This document shows, in pieces, positions 36,035 to 45,003 of a stretch of 64,000 nucleotides of DNA. Numbering within the stretch: the stretch's first letter is position 1; every line of letters begins with the position of its first letter. The position numbers were made by a program, and so were the translations under genes. This DNA is from an uncultured Bacillota bacterium (GTDB taxonomy: Bacteria > Bacillota_I > Bacilli_A > RF39 > UBA660), in contig CAMUYN010000002.1 of the NCBI GenBank assembly GCA_947165005.1, positions 7,420-71,419 of the forward strand, written 5' to 3'. The notes beneath the pieces were generated by a model. The model worked only from the letters and a program-made list of their open reading frames with translations, did not search any database and had not been told where the DNA came from.

Positions 36035-39000
36035 TTTACTATAATTGTTTTATTGAAGTTTCCAATTTCTATATCTTTATACATAATTGTATATTTTAAA
36101 TAATATGTTCCAGCTTTATTAATTGTAACAGTCTTATTATTTATTACACAAGAATTATCATTTGAACAACTCTTTGAAACATTATTAATTTTACAGCTAC
36201 TAGTAATATCTTTATTATCTTTATTTAAAACTGTAATTGTATTTAGATCTTTTTGTATATCAAAAGAAACTGTTTTATTTTCTTCAATAAGAAGAGTAGT
36301 AGTATTTTCACTAATACTAATATCAAAGTTTTCAGGCTTAATTGTTGAAATATCTCCTTGAACATCAATTGATACTCCAGGACTAACAGTTATACCATTG
36401 TTTTGATATTTAGTTTTTACATAGTATGTTGTATCATTTTCTTGTTTATCAACAGTATATGTAGTAGAAGTAGTAAATCCTAGTACTTTAGTTTCTTTTG
36501 TGCTATTATTTCTAGCAGAAACTTCATAACCAAATGATCCATTTGCAGATTGCATTTCTGCAAATTTTTCTTCTATATGTTGTGCATATAAATCTTTATA
36601 ATAATCTTTAAAGTATTCTAATGATGTTTGCTTTGGTTCAGAGGCAGCCTTCCAACTAAGTGTAATTTTATCTCCATTTTCTTTAGAAGATAAGTTTGTT
36701 ACATCGTCTAGTTTATTATATCTTATTGATTTAGTTCCAGGTTCTGTACCTGCTTTACAATACTCTGTTACTTTCATATCATCTGGAGTATTATCACCAG
36801 GTAATTGAACAGGGTATGTTTCTTTTTCTACTGTGACTCTGACCACTGAACTGGGAACATCAAATGATTGCTTTTTATTTCTATCTGAAATAGAATCTAT
36901 TATTTGTCTATATAAATTATTCTTTGTATAACCCCCAGTATTATAGTAACCTGCAACAGGAGTATCATATCCGTACCATAATGCTACTGATATTTCTGGT
37001 GTATATCCAGCAGTCCATAAGTCATTAATTGCACTCCATGGGAATCCATTAGCACTAATAACTTCATCAGGATAGTTTGTAGTACCTGTTTTAGCAGCTA
37101 ATCTAACACCACTAACTGTTCCACCGATGTTACCATAACTTTCAACAGCATATAATAATACATCAGTAATCATGTAGGCAGTTGCCTCAGACATTACTCT
37201 AGTTGTTTTGTTTTTAAGATTTACTGTTTTACCTGAATCAATGTATTCAACTTTTGAAACAGAGTATGGTTTTGTATAATATCCACCATTACCAAATGCA
37301 GCATATGCTCCAGCTAATTGTACAGGATTTGTTCCATTAAATGCTCCAAGTGCATGAGCTTCATGTAATCCACCTTCGCTATCTATTTCAGGAGTCATAC
37401 CTAGATTAGTAACAAATTCTTTAATCTTTTGATTATCTACAGCTTGGAATGCTTTTACTGCAGGGATATTTCTAGATTCCGCTAATGCCTTCTTTAAAGT
37501 AATAACACCTTGATATGAATTATCCCAGTTTTTTAACCTAGCACCTGAACTATAAGTGTAAGGTCCATCATAGAATGGTGTAGATTCACAGAAATTATTA
37601 TATTCAATTGCAGGACCATAATCAAATAATGGTTTTGCAGTTGAACCTATTTGTTTATTAATCATTGTGGCAAAGTTAAACATTCTTTCACCATTTCTAT
37701 TTCTTCCACCACCAATAGCTAATATTTCACCGGTTTGAGTATCAATTACACCAACACCTGCCTGAATGTATTCATCTTGCCATTCCCATGATCTACCAGC
37801 CATAATATCATTTAATACATTTTGCTTTCCCATATTAAGTGTAGTATATATTTTCATACCAGTAGTATAAGGACTCTTTTTAGTTTTTTCTTCAACTTCA
37901 TCTAGAACTATATCGATGAATGATTGATATGGATTTGCACCCATTTCAGGATTAGAAGATCTTAAAAGTGATTCAACTGGAATAGATGAAGCTAATTCTT
38001 CTTCTTCCTTAGTTATATAACCATGTCTTCTCATTAAATATAAAACTGTATCTCTTCTTTCAGTAGTTGCTTCAGGATATCTATATGGATCATAAGCAGA
38101 AGGTGCTTGGAATAACCCAGCTATAATTGCAGCTTCAGAAAGGTTAATATCAGAAACTGATTTACCAAAATAACTTTGGCATGCTTGTTCAACACCATAT
38201 GAACTATTTCCTAAGAAAGGAGTGTTGACATAGTATTCAAGTATTTCTTCTTTAGAATAATTTTTTTCTAGTTTAAATATTGAAATATATATATCAGTAA
38301 ATTTTCTTGTTATAGTTTGTTCTGTATCAGTAAAGTTATTCTTTACAACTTGCATTGAAATTGTAGAACCACCACCAGCATTTCCATGACCAGTAATTTT
38401 ATTAATTACTTGTCCTGCAGCAGCCTTAGTAAATCTTGGTAAGTCAAAACCATTATGTTGATAATATCTTGAATCTTCAGTTGCTATAATTGCATCTACT
38501 AATACTTGTGGTAAATCATCATAAGTTACTTTTTTTCTTTTCTCTAAACCTATTTTTGCTATTTGATTGCCATCTCTGTCATAAATTACAGAAGATTCTG
38601 CACGGTATAAGTTCTCTGGATCAAAGTCTGGTGCATTTACAACAATATATATAGAGAATACAATGGCAACTATTAATGCAAGTAATACCATTAATAATAT
38701 AAGATTGAAAAACATTTTTAATAGTCTTTTTTTCTTTTTTTTAAACTTCTTCATATCTTCTTCATTTGCGATTTCACTTTTTTCTTTCGCAATTTTACCT
38801 CCAATTATTCTATAAATAATTATAAATAGTAACCATAAAATAATCATTACTAAACCAAAAAGTAATTTTCTAACAAAAGCTAGTACAGTTATTATTAGAA
38901 ATAGAACATTTATTATTGTAAAAATTTTGTGTGATAACATAAAATCCAAAAATGATTTAAATGTTTTTTTTATGTTCATCTTATTTTTTGGTTTTGTCTT

Positions 39001-39063
39001 CTTTTCTGATAATTCAAGTTTTTCAATTTTTTCAACCGTTTTCTTTTTCTTTTCTTTTTTCAT
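36025..39063 (-). CDS. ponA: class A penicillin-binding protein (GT51 transglycosylase + transpeptidase) with extended N- and C-termini
   Basis: EDSRYYQHNGFD, GGSTISMQVVKN (GT51), STAKP (SxxK), KTGT motifs; ATG 39063 has AGGAG SD overlapping recU stop; recU-ponA order as in B. subtilis. Confidence 0.9.
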   Translation of the reverse strand: MKKEKKKKTVEKIEKLELSEKKTKPKNKMNIKKTFKSFLDFMLSHKIFTIINVLFLIITVLAFVRKLLFGLVMIILWLLFIIIYRIIGGKIAKEKSEIANEEDMKKFKKKKKRLLKMFFNLILLMVLLALIVAIVFSIYIVVNAPDFDPENLYRAESSVIYDRDGNQIAKIGLEKRKKVTYDDLPQVLVDAIIATEDSRYYQHNGFDLPRFTKAAAGQVINKITGHGNAGGGSTISMQVVKNNFTDTEQTITRKFTDIYISIFKLEKNYSKEEILEYYVNTPFLGNSSYGVEQACQSYFGKSVSDINLSEAAIIAGLFQAPSAYDPYRYPEATTERRDTVLYLMRRHGYITKEEEELASSIPVESLLRSSNPEMGANPYQSFIDIVLDEVEEKTKKSPYTTGMKIYTTLNMGKQNVLNDIMAGRSWEWQDEYIQAGVGVIDTQTGEILAIGGGRNRNGERMFNFATMINKQIGSTAKPLFDYGPAIEYNNFCESTPFYDGPYTYSSGARLKNWDNSYQGVITLKKALAESRNIPAVKAFQAVDNQKIKEFVTNLGMTPEIDSEGGLHEAHALGAFNGTNPVQLAGAYAAFGNGGYYTKPYSVSKVEYIDSGKTVNLKNKTTRVMSEATAYMITDVLLYAVESYGNIGGTVSGVRLAAKTGTTNYPDEVISANGFPWSAINDLWTAGYTPEISVALWYGYDTPVAGYYNTGGYTKNNLYRQIIDSISDRNKKQSFDVPSSVVRVTVEKETYPVQLPGDNTPDDMKVTEYCKAGTEPGTKSIRYNKLDDVTNLSSKENGDKITLSWKAASEPKQTSLEYFKDYYKDLYAQHIEEKFAEMQSANGSFGYEVSARNNSTKETKVLGFTTSTTYTVDKQENDTTYYVKTKYQNNGITVSPGVSIDVQGDISTIKPENFDISISENTTTLLIEENKTVSFDIQKDLNTITVLNKDNKDITSSCKINNVSKSCSNDNSCVINNKTVTINKAGTYYLKYTIMYKDIEIGNFNKTIIVKEK

Positions 39064-39071
39064 ATTCACTC

Positions 39072-39620
39072 CTATAAAATACTATCTATTATTTTCAAAT
39101 AATCTATAACTGGATTATATCCATCTTTAATTATATATCCTTTTTCTTCGATATAAGATAAAGGAATCGATTTTTTATCATTTTGTTCAAAATAATCAAC
39201 AAAATCCTTAGTAAAAATTAAATAAGTTTTGTTTATAGAGGTAAATCTTATAATAATAAAAGATATTCCTCCATGATTATCAATCCTTTTCAAATGAATG
39301 ATTTGGTGTTTATGAATATTATTGATAGGAAAAGATGTTTTTGATCTTGTTTCCTTCGCTTCAAAATCAATATATTTACCTTTGTATATTCCATTATAAT
39401 CAGTGGTAGAGGGAATTTCATAATAAGCCTCGGTTATTTTTGTTCTTGAATAATTTACTTTTACTGCTTTTATAGGTGTAGGCTTCTTATATATTACAGC
39501 AATATCATTTTCTAAATAATAATTATTTGAACTATTGATATCACTTTCTAGAGTCATTCCTCTTTTTCCATATTCAATATACGATTTATTACTGTGTTCT
39601 TTTTTATTCGGATAATTCAT
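39072..39620 (-). CDS. recU: Holliday junction resolvase RecU
   Basis: RGMTLESDIN...IYKKPTPIK...TDYNGIYKGKYIDFEAKET signature of RecU. Confidence 0.9.
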   Translation of the reverse strand: MNYPNKKEHSNKSYIEYGKRGMTLESDINSSNNYYLENDIAVIYKKPTPIKAVKVNYSRTKITEAYYEIPSTTDYNGIYKGKYIDFEAKETRSKTSFPINNIHKHQIIHLKRIDNHGGISFIIIRFTSINKTYLIFTKDFVDYFEQNDKKSIPLSYIEEKGYIIKDGYNPVIDYLKIIDSIL

Positions 39621-39753
39621 ATATTCACCTTATATAATTATACTATATTTTTTTATTAATTAATAGGTTAAATGATAAAAAAATTTTTGTTATTGTTTGT
39701 CGAATTTATTTTTCTTTTTATAGATATGTATTAAAATGTTTTTGGAGGAAAAA

Positions 39754-39876
39754 ATGGAAAAATTATTTGTGTGTTATTTGATGAATAATATATTAGATGA
39801 CATAAGTGATACTAGGCAAAATATGAATTTATCTTTAAGTGAAAAAAAGATGGACTTCATTGACAAACAGAGTTAA
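39754..39876 (+). CDS. possible 40-aa micro-ORF upstream of gpsB
   Basis: GGAGG SD 5 nt before ATG; MEKLFVCYLMNNILDDISDTRQNMNLSLSEKKMDFIDKQS; 3' end overlaps gpsB promoter; no homology recognised. Confidence 0.2.
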   Translation: MEKLFVCYLMNNILDDISDTRQNMNLSLSEKKMDFIDKQS

Positions 39877-39888
39877 TATTTATATAAT
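39860..39888 (+). promoter_or_regulatory. consensus sigma-A promoter for gpsB (and rnpB?)
   Basis: TTGACA - 17 nt - TATAAT, perfect hexamers. Confidence 0.75.
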
Positions 39889-39906
39889 TATTTGTAGGTG
39901 ATTAAT

Positions 39907-40227
39907 TTGAAAAACGAAGTTGTGTTAACCCCTGAAACACTATTAAACTGGGATTTTAAAATTGATGCTAGAGGATATAGACCTCAAGAAGTTGATAAAG
40001 CATTAGATATTGTTATCAGCGATTATAAAGCTTATGATAGAAAAGTTAAAGAACTTAATGAAAAAATTGCTTTATTAAACGAAGAAATATTAGATCTTAA
40101 ACATCAACTTAGATCGGCAAGTGAAAGGGAAGAAATATTTAAGAATAGTGATAAAGAAGTTACAAATCTTGATATTTTAAAGAGAGTATCTAATTTAGAA
40201 AAAATAATATATGGAAAAAATGAATAA
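39907..40227 (+). CDS. gpsB: cell-cycle protein GpsB (DivIVA-domain)
   Basis: LTPETLLNWDFKIDARGYRPQEVDKALDIVISDY matches GpsB/DivIVA N-terminal domain plus coiled coil; TTG 39907 after AGGTGA (GTG 39898 alternative). Confidence 0.8.
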   Translation: MKNEVVLTPETLLNWDFKIDARGYRPQEVDKALDIVISDYKAYDRKVKELNEKIALLNEEILDLKHQLRSASEREEIFKNSDKEVTNLDILKRVSNLEKIIYGKNE

Positions 40228-40579
40228 TTTTAAGTCAAACGCTGCATTTTAAACGTAATGTAGAGGAAAGTCCATGCTCACACTGACCTGTGATGGCAGT
40301 AGTGTTTGTGTATAGGAAATAAATAACCTATAGTAGCTATGCTAACGGCGAAGATGAACCCTAAGGTTTTACTATGGAATAGTTTTCATAAAGTGCCACA
40401 GTGACGAATCTTTTTTGAAAAGAAAAGAATGAAACGTTGGTAAACCCCGCAAGTGAGAAATCCAAAATTTGGTAGGAGAACTTCCTTGAGAGAATTTGAA
40501 TCGAATAGGAAGATGAGTAATCATAGATAAATGTTTGACACTTCTTTGAAGTACAGAACATGGCTTATTAAAAATTATT
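40223..40579 (+). ncRNA. rnpB: RNase P RNA, type B (Bacillota)
   Basis: GAGGAAAGTCCATGCTC, AAAGTGCCACAGTGACGAA, GGTAAACCCC, GAGAAATCCAAAATTTGGTAGGAGAAC, ACAGAACATGGCTTA blocks match B. subtilis rnpB; P1 candidate AATAATTTT/AAAATTATT; ends +/-15 nt. Confidence 0.88.
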
Positions 40580-40602
40580 ATTTTTTTAAGGAGTGAAAAA
40601 GA

Positions 40603-41091
40603 ATGAAAGAATTAGGAGAAAAATTTAAGGAAACAAGAGAAAAAACCGGTATTAGCTTGGAAGAAGCAGCAGTTGACTTAGGATATAAAGTTTCACAATT
40701 AGAAGAAATAGAAAATGGTAGTTATAAGGATTTTAAGGATAAATTTTTGCTTAAGACTATAATTTCGGATTATGCTAAGTATTTGGGATTTGATCCTGAA
40801 GAGATCATTGATGAATTTAATACTTTTGTATTTGAATCAACTTCTAAGATTCCAATAGATGAAATAGCAAAGGCTAGCAAAAATGTTAATAAAGATACTG
40901 ATGATCAGATAGCATCGCCTTATACAGCAACTGAGGAACCAAAAAAGGTACCATTAATAATTATAATTTCATTAGTGGCTTTACTTATAGTGTTTATAGT
41001 AATCTTATGCTATAACTTGTTCTTTAAAGATGAAGGAAGCTCTTCGTTTAATGTATCTTATGTAGTAGGTGGAACATATGAAAAATGTTAA
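40603..41091 (+). CDS. rodZ: RodZ-like cytoskeleton protein (XRE HTH + TM), short form
   Basis: N-terminal HTH (LGEKFKETREKTGISLEEAAVDLGYKVSQLEEIENG), YAKYLGFDPEEII, then TM; precedes pgsA as ymfM does in B. subtilis. Confidence 0.65.
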   Translation: MKELGEKFKETREKTGISLEEAAVDLGYKVSQLEEIENGSYKDFKDKFLLKTIISDYAKYLGFDPEEIIDEFNTFVFESTSKIPIDEIAKASKNVNKDTDDQIASPYTATEEPKKVPLIIIISLVALLIVFIVILCYNLFFKDEGSSSFNVSYVVGGTYEKC

Positions 41092-41686
41092 CAAAAATTT
41101 ACCAAATAATTTAACAAAATTAAGAATAGTATTATCAATAGTAATTATAATACTAATGTTATTTCCTTTCGACATGATTAATGTTAATTTTCCAAAATAT
41201 TTAATAAACGGAAATGTAATATTAGATTTAAAACTATTGATAGTTGCAGTTTTATTTATTGTAGCTTCATTAACAGATTTCTTTGATGGAAAAATAGCTA
41301 GAAAATATAATTTAGTTAGTGATTATGGGAAAGTAATGGATGCTATAGCGGATAAAATTCTTGTCAACGGATTATTGATAATTCTATGTGGGCAAGGATA
41401 TATAAGCCCAATTATTCCTACTATAATAATATTAAGAGATACAATAACAAATACATTTAAAATGATAGCAGGAAATAACGGTGAAGTTGTAGGCGCAATT
41501 AAAACAGGAAAGTTCAAAACAGCATTCTTGATGATTGGAATAACATTAAAACTTATAGGTAATTTCCCATTAGAATTGATTAATATTTCGTTAGATGATT
41601 TTTGCTTGATTACTGCAACAGTGTTATCAATAGTATCTGGTATAGAGTATTATAATTTGTATAAGAAATATTTTAAAACTGAATAA
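41078..41686 (+). CDS. pgsA: CDP-diacylglycerol--glycerol-3-phosphate 3-phosphatidyltransferase
   Basis: CDP-alcohol phosphotransferase motif DFFDGKIARKYNLVSDYGKVMDAIADK; 5-6 TM. Confidence 0.88.
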   Translation: MKNVNKNLPNNLTKLRIVLSIVIIILMLFPFDMINVNFPKYLINGNVILDLKLLIVAVLFIVASLTDFFDGKIARKYNLVSDYGKVMDAIADKILVNGLLIILCGQGYISPIIPTIIILRDTITNTFKMIAGNNGEVVGAIKTGKFKTAFLMIGITLKLIGNFPLELINISLDDFCLITATVLSIVSGIEYYNLYKKYFKTE

Positions 41687-41712
41687 AGAATTTGACAAAA
41701 ATTCTTTTTTTT
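41686..41712 (+). terminator. Rho-independent terminator after pgsA
   Basis: AAGAATTT-GACAA-AAATTCTT hairpin plus T-run. Confidence 0.8.
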
Positions 41713-41751
41713 ATTGTATTTTAAAGGAAAATTGAAGCATTTGCAAAATAA

Positions 41752-41765
41752 CAAACAAATGTTTG
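41752..41765. promoter_or_regulatory. candidate diverged LexA (SOS/Cheo-like) box upstream of recA
   Basis: Perfect palindrome CAAACA-AA-TGTTTG (AAAC-N4-GTTT vs GAAC-N4-GTTC), 10 nt upstream of recA -35. Confidence 0.3.
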
Positions 41766-41774
41766 AAAAAACAC

Positions 41775-41803
41775 TTGATTATTTCTTTTTTATATGATAT
41801 ATT
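41775..41803 (+). promoter_or_regulatory. sigma-A promoter of recA
   Basis: TTGATT - 17 nt - TATATT with TGn extended -10. Confidence 0.6.
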
Positions 41804-41832
41804 ATTATTGTATTCAGTTAGGAGGATTAAAA

Positions 41833-42849
41833 ATGGCAAAAACTAGTACAGAAAATAATGATAGAGATAAAATATTATCGCAAGTGTTATCTGATATAGA
41901 AAAACAATTTGGTAAGGGGGCAGTAATGAAACTTGGCAGTGATTCACATTTAGAGATAGACGCGGTTTCAAGTGGATCATTATCACTAGATATTGCTCTT
42001 GGAATTGGAGGATATCCTAAAGGAAGAATAATTGAAATATTTGGACCAGAATCAAGCGGAAAGACAACATTTGCGCTTCATGCGATTGCGGAAGTACAAA
42101 AAAAAGGTGGCAGAGCAGCTTTTATAGATGCAGAACATGCGTTAGATCCAGTATATGCTAAAAATCTGGGAGTAAATATTGATGAATTACTGTTATCTCA
42201 ACCTGATACAGGAGAACAAGCATTAGAAATTTGTGATGCACTTGTTAAAAGTGGTGCTATTAGTATAGTAGTAATCGATTCGGTAGCTGCATTAGTTCCA
42301 CAAGCAGAGATTGAAGGTGAAATGGGCGATAACCATGTAGGGTTACAAGCTAGACTTATGTCTCAAGCATTAAGAAAACTGTCTGGGACTATTGCTAAGA
42401 CAAATACTATAGCAATATTTATTAATCAATTGAGAGAAAAAGTGGGTGTGCTATTTGGAAATCCAGAAACTACAACTGGAGGAAGAGCATTAAAATTCTA
42501 TTCATCAATTAGATTAGACGTCAGAAGAACAGAACAAATAAAAATGGGAGATAATGTAATAGGAAGTTATACAAAGGTAAAAATAGTAAAGAATAAAGTG
42601 GCTCCTCCATTTAAATCAGCAAATATTGAAATTTTATATGGAACAGGCGTAAGTAAGGAAGGGGAAATTATTGATTTAGCAGCAGAGGATGGAATACTAG
42701 AAAAGAGTGGGTCTTGGTATTCATACAACGGTGAAAAAATAGGACAAGGAAGAGAAACAGTAAAAGCAGTACTAACTGATAATAAAAAATTGGCTCTAGA
42801 ATTGGAAAATAAAATTCGAGAAAAGCACGGATTACCATTATTAAAGTAA
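41833..42849 (+). CDS. recA: recombinase RecA
   Basis: [23 protein letters not shown] Walker [23 protein letters not shown]; AGGAGG SD. Confidence 0.97.
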   Translation: MAKTSTENNDRDKILSQVLSDIEKQFGKGAVMKLGSDSHLEIDAVSSGSLSLDIALGIGGYPKGRIIEIFGPESSGKTTFALHAIAEVQKKGGRAAFIDAEHALDPVYAKNLGVNIDELLLSQPDTGEQALEICDALVKSGAISIVVIDSVAALVPQAEIEGEMGDNHVGLQARLMSQALRKLSGTIAKTNTIAIFINQLREKVGVLFGNPETTTGGRALKFYSSIRLDVRRTEQIKMGDNVIGSYTKVKIVKNKVAPPFKSANIEILYGTGVSKEGEIIDLAAEDGILEKSGSWYSYNGEKIGQGRETVKAVLTDNKKLALELENKIREKHGLPLLK

Positions 42850-42874
42850 AGAAGAATAAATTCTTCTTTTTTTC
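42850..42874 (+). terminator. Rho-independent terminator after recA
   Basis: AGAAGAA-TAAA-TTCTTCT hairpin plus T-run. Confidence 0.8.
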
Positions 42875-42915
42875 TTTTTTATGATATAATTTATTTGAAA
42901 TAGAGGCGAATTATT

Positions 42916-44748
42916 ATGTGCGGAATTGTTGGTTTTGTAGGTCATAATAGAGAAAAAAAACAGATAATTGAATCGATGACAAACAAATTGATTCATAGAG
43001 GACCAGATGATTTTGGATACTATATTGATGACGATTGCGCCTTAGGGCATAGAAGATTGTCCATTATTGATTTAGATACTGGTAAGCAACCAATTACTGA
43101 CGGTAAATATACTATAGTTTTTAATGGTGAGATATATAATTATTTAGAATTAAGAGAAGAACTGGAAGATAAGTATAAATTTAAAACCAAGAGTGATACA
43201 GAAGTAATATTAAAAGGTTATGAAGAATGGGGAAAGGATATTCTCAAAAGATTAAGAGGCATGTTCGCTATTGCAATTTGGAATAATAAATCAAAAGAAT
43301 TATTTTTAGCAAGGGATCAATGGGGTATTAAACCTCTATATTATTATATGAATGACAATATATTTATGTTTGCATCAGAAATTAAGGCTTTGCTAGAACA
43401 TCCCAATTTTAAGAAAGAATTTAATGGAGATATACTTTCTGCATATTTATGCTTCAATTCTGTTCCTACTGAAGAGTCTTTTTTTAAAGGAGTCTATAGA
43501 TTAAGACCAGGGCATTATTTAACATATAAAAAAGGCATATATGATATAGAGAGATTTTTTAAATTAGAATTTGATGAAACTAAACAAGACGATGAAGAAT
43601 TAGTTAGTAAAATTAGAGATGCTATGATTGATTCGGTTAATCATCATAAAATTTCGGATGTGGAAGTAGGCTCGTTCCTAAGTTCTGGAGTAGATTCTTC
43701 ATATGTAGTATCATTATTAAAACCAAACAAAACATTTACTGCATCCTTTGAATCAAAATATTCTAAATATGATGAAATAAAATATGCAAAAGATTTATCT
43801 GACAAACTTGGCATAGAGAATAAATCATATATTATTACCAAAGAAGAGTATCTCAAAGAATTTCCAAAAATCATGTATTACATGGATGAACCACTTGCAG
43901 ATCCATCGGCCATTGCTTTATATTTCGTGGCAAAGGAAGCATCAAAATATGTTAAAGTCGTTACATCAGGTGAGGGGGCAGATGAATTATTCTGCGGATA
44001 TGGAGATTATAGAGAAGAAGTGGATCATGCTTGGTATAATAAAATACCATATTTCATAAGACACTTCGTTAGTTTACTATTTAGTCATTATAAATTTCAA
44101 GAAATTAGAGGTATTAATTTCTTATATAGAAAAGGACAGAAACTTGAAAACTATTTTATTGGTGATGGTAAAGTTTACTCAGATCAGGAAGCAAACAAAA
44201 TAGTTAAATTAAATAATCAAATTAAGACTAAAGAAATAACAAAACCATATTATGAAGAATACAAGAATTGCTCAGACACAGTAAAAAGACAGGTGATAGA
44301 TTTTAATTTCTGGTTAGTAAATGACTATTTATATGCCGTTGATAGGAACACTATGATTTTTTCATTAGAAGCTAGAACTCCATTTCTAGATAAAGAGGTA
44401 TTTAAGGTTGCATCTACAATGAATCTTGAACAAAAAGTTAATAAAGAAACTACTAAAGTTGCACTTAGAAAAGCAGCACAAAATGTCATTCCAAATTCTA
44501 ATTATAAAAAGCCAAAATTAGGATTCCCTGTTCCTTTAAGAGAATGGATCAGGGAAGAAGAATTGTATAACGAAATAAAGGAAAAGTTCAAATCTTTAGT
44601 AGCAGCAAAGTTCTTTGATCAAAAGAGAATACTAAAATTATTGGAAAGTCATAAATCTGGCAAGGTTGATTGCTTTAAGAAAATATGGACTATTTACACT
44701 TTTATTATTTGGTATAATCAATACTTCGATATTAATGAAGAGGCTTAG
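42916..44748 (+). CDS. asnB: asparagine synthase (glutamine-hydrolysing), AsnB family
   Basis: N-terminal MCGIVGF Ntn-amidotransferase start, HRGPDD, RRLSIID; synthetase SGGVDSS-like FLSSGVDSS PP-loop. Confidence 0.9.
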   Translation: MCGIVGFVGHNREKKQIIESMTNKLIHRGPDDFGYYIDDDCALGHRRLSIIDLDTGKQPITDGKYTIVFNGEIYNYLELREELEDKYKFKTKSDTEVILKGYEEWGKDILKRLRGMFAIAIWNNKSKELFLARDQWGIKPLYYYMNDNIFMFASEIKALLEHPNFKKEFNGDILSAYLCFNSVPTEESFFKGVYRLRPGHYLTYKKGIYDIERFFKLEFDETKQDDEELVSKIRDAMIDSVNHHKISDVEVGSFLSSGVDSSYVVSLLKPNKTFTASFESKYSKYDEIKYAKDLSDKLGIENKSYIITKEEYLKEFPKIMYYMDEPLADPSAIALYFVAKEASKYVKVVTSGEGADELFCGYGDYREEVDHAWYNKIPYFIRHFVSLLFSHYKFQEIRGINFLYRKGQKLENYFIGDGKVYSDQEANKIVKLNNQIKTKEITKPYYEEYKNCSDTVKRQVIDFNFWLVNDYLYAVDRNTMIFSLEARTPFLDKEVFKVASTMNLEQKVNKETTKVALRKAAQNVIPNSNYKKPKLGFPVPLREWIREEELYNEIKEKFKSLVAAKFFDQKRILKLLESHKSGKVDCFKKIWTIYTFIIWYNQYFDINEEA

Positions 44749-44759
44749 ACTTCTTTTGT

Positions 44760-44788
44760 TTGACTAATAAAAATACTTATGGTAACAT
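44760..44788 (+). promoter_or_regulatory. candidate sigma-A promoter for hisG leader
   Basis: TTGACT - 17 nt - TAACAT. Confidence 0.45.
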
Positions 44789-44810
44789 TTATTTAGAAAG
44801 GGAGATTATT

Positions 44811-44885
44811 ATGATTAAACGAACAAAAATAAAAAAATTTAATCATATACATAATAGTCTGCACTTGTTAATACGACATTGTTAA
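44811..44885 (+). CDS. candidate 24-codon leader peptide with 4 His codons
   Basis: GGGAG SD 6 nt upstream; MIKRTKIKKFNHIHNSLHLLIRHC; lies in a structured leader ending in a strong terminator before hisG. Confidence 0.3.
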   Translation: MIKRTKIKKFNHIHNSLHLLIRHC

Positions 44886-44947
44886 TTGTTCGTAGGTACA
44901 AGTGCTATTTGTAGTGCTTGTATCTCGCATTTACATAAACTATTATG

Positions 44948-44977
44948 CTACTGCGGATACTCTGCAGTAGTTTTTTT
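44948..44977 (+). terminator. intrinsic terminator in hisG leader (possible attenuator)
   Basis: CTACTGCGGA-TAC-TCTGCAGTAG 10-bp stem followed by T7, 27 nt upstream of hisG ATG. Confidence 0.8.
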
Positions 44978-45003
44978 ATATGGAAAAGAAAGGAGAATAT
45001 ATA

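Noticed and set aside
40361-40561. 66-aa minus-strand ORF
   Set aside because: It is antisense to and fully inside the RNase P RNA gene.
44760-44977. T-box riboswitch upstream of hisG
   Set aside because: The leader is only about 190 nt. I could not find the conserved T-box core (AAnnnGGGUGGUACCGCG-like sequence with UGGN for the tRNA 3' end) or a recognisable Stem I specifier architecture. I kept it as an uncharacterised leader or attenuator instead.
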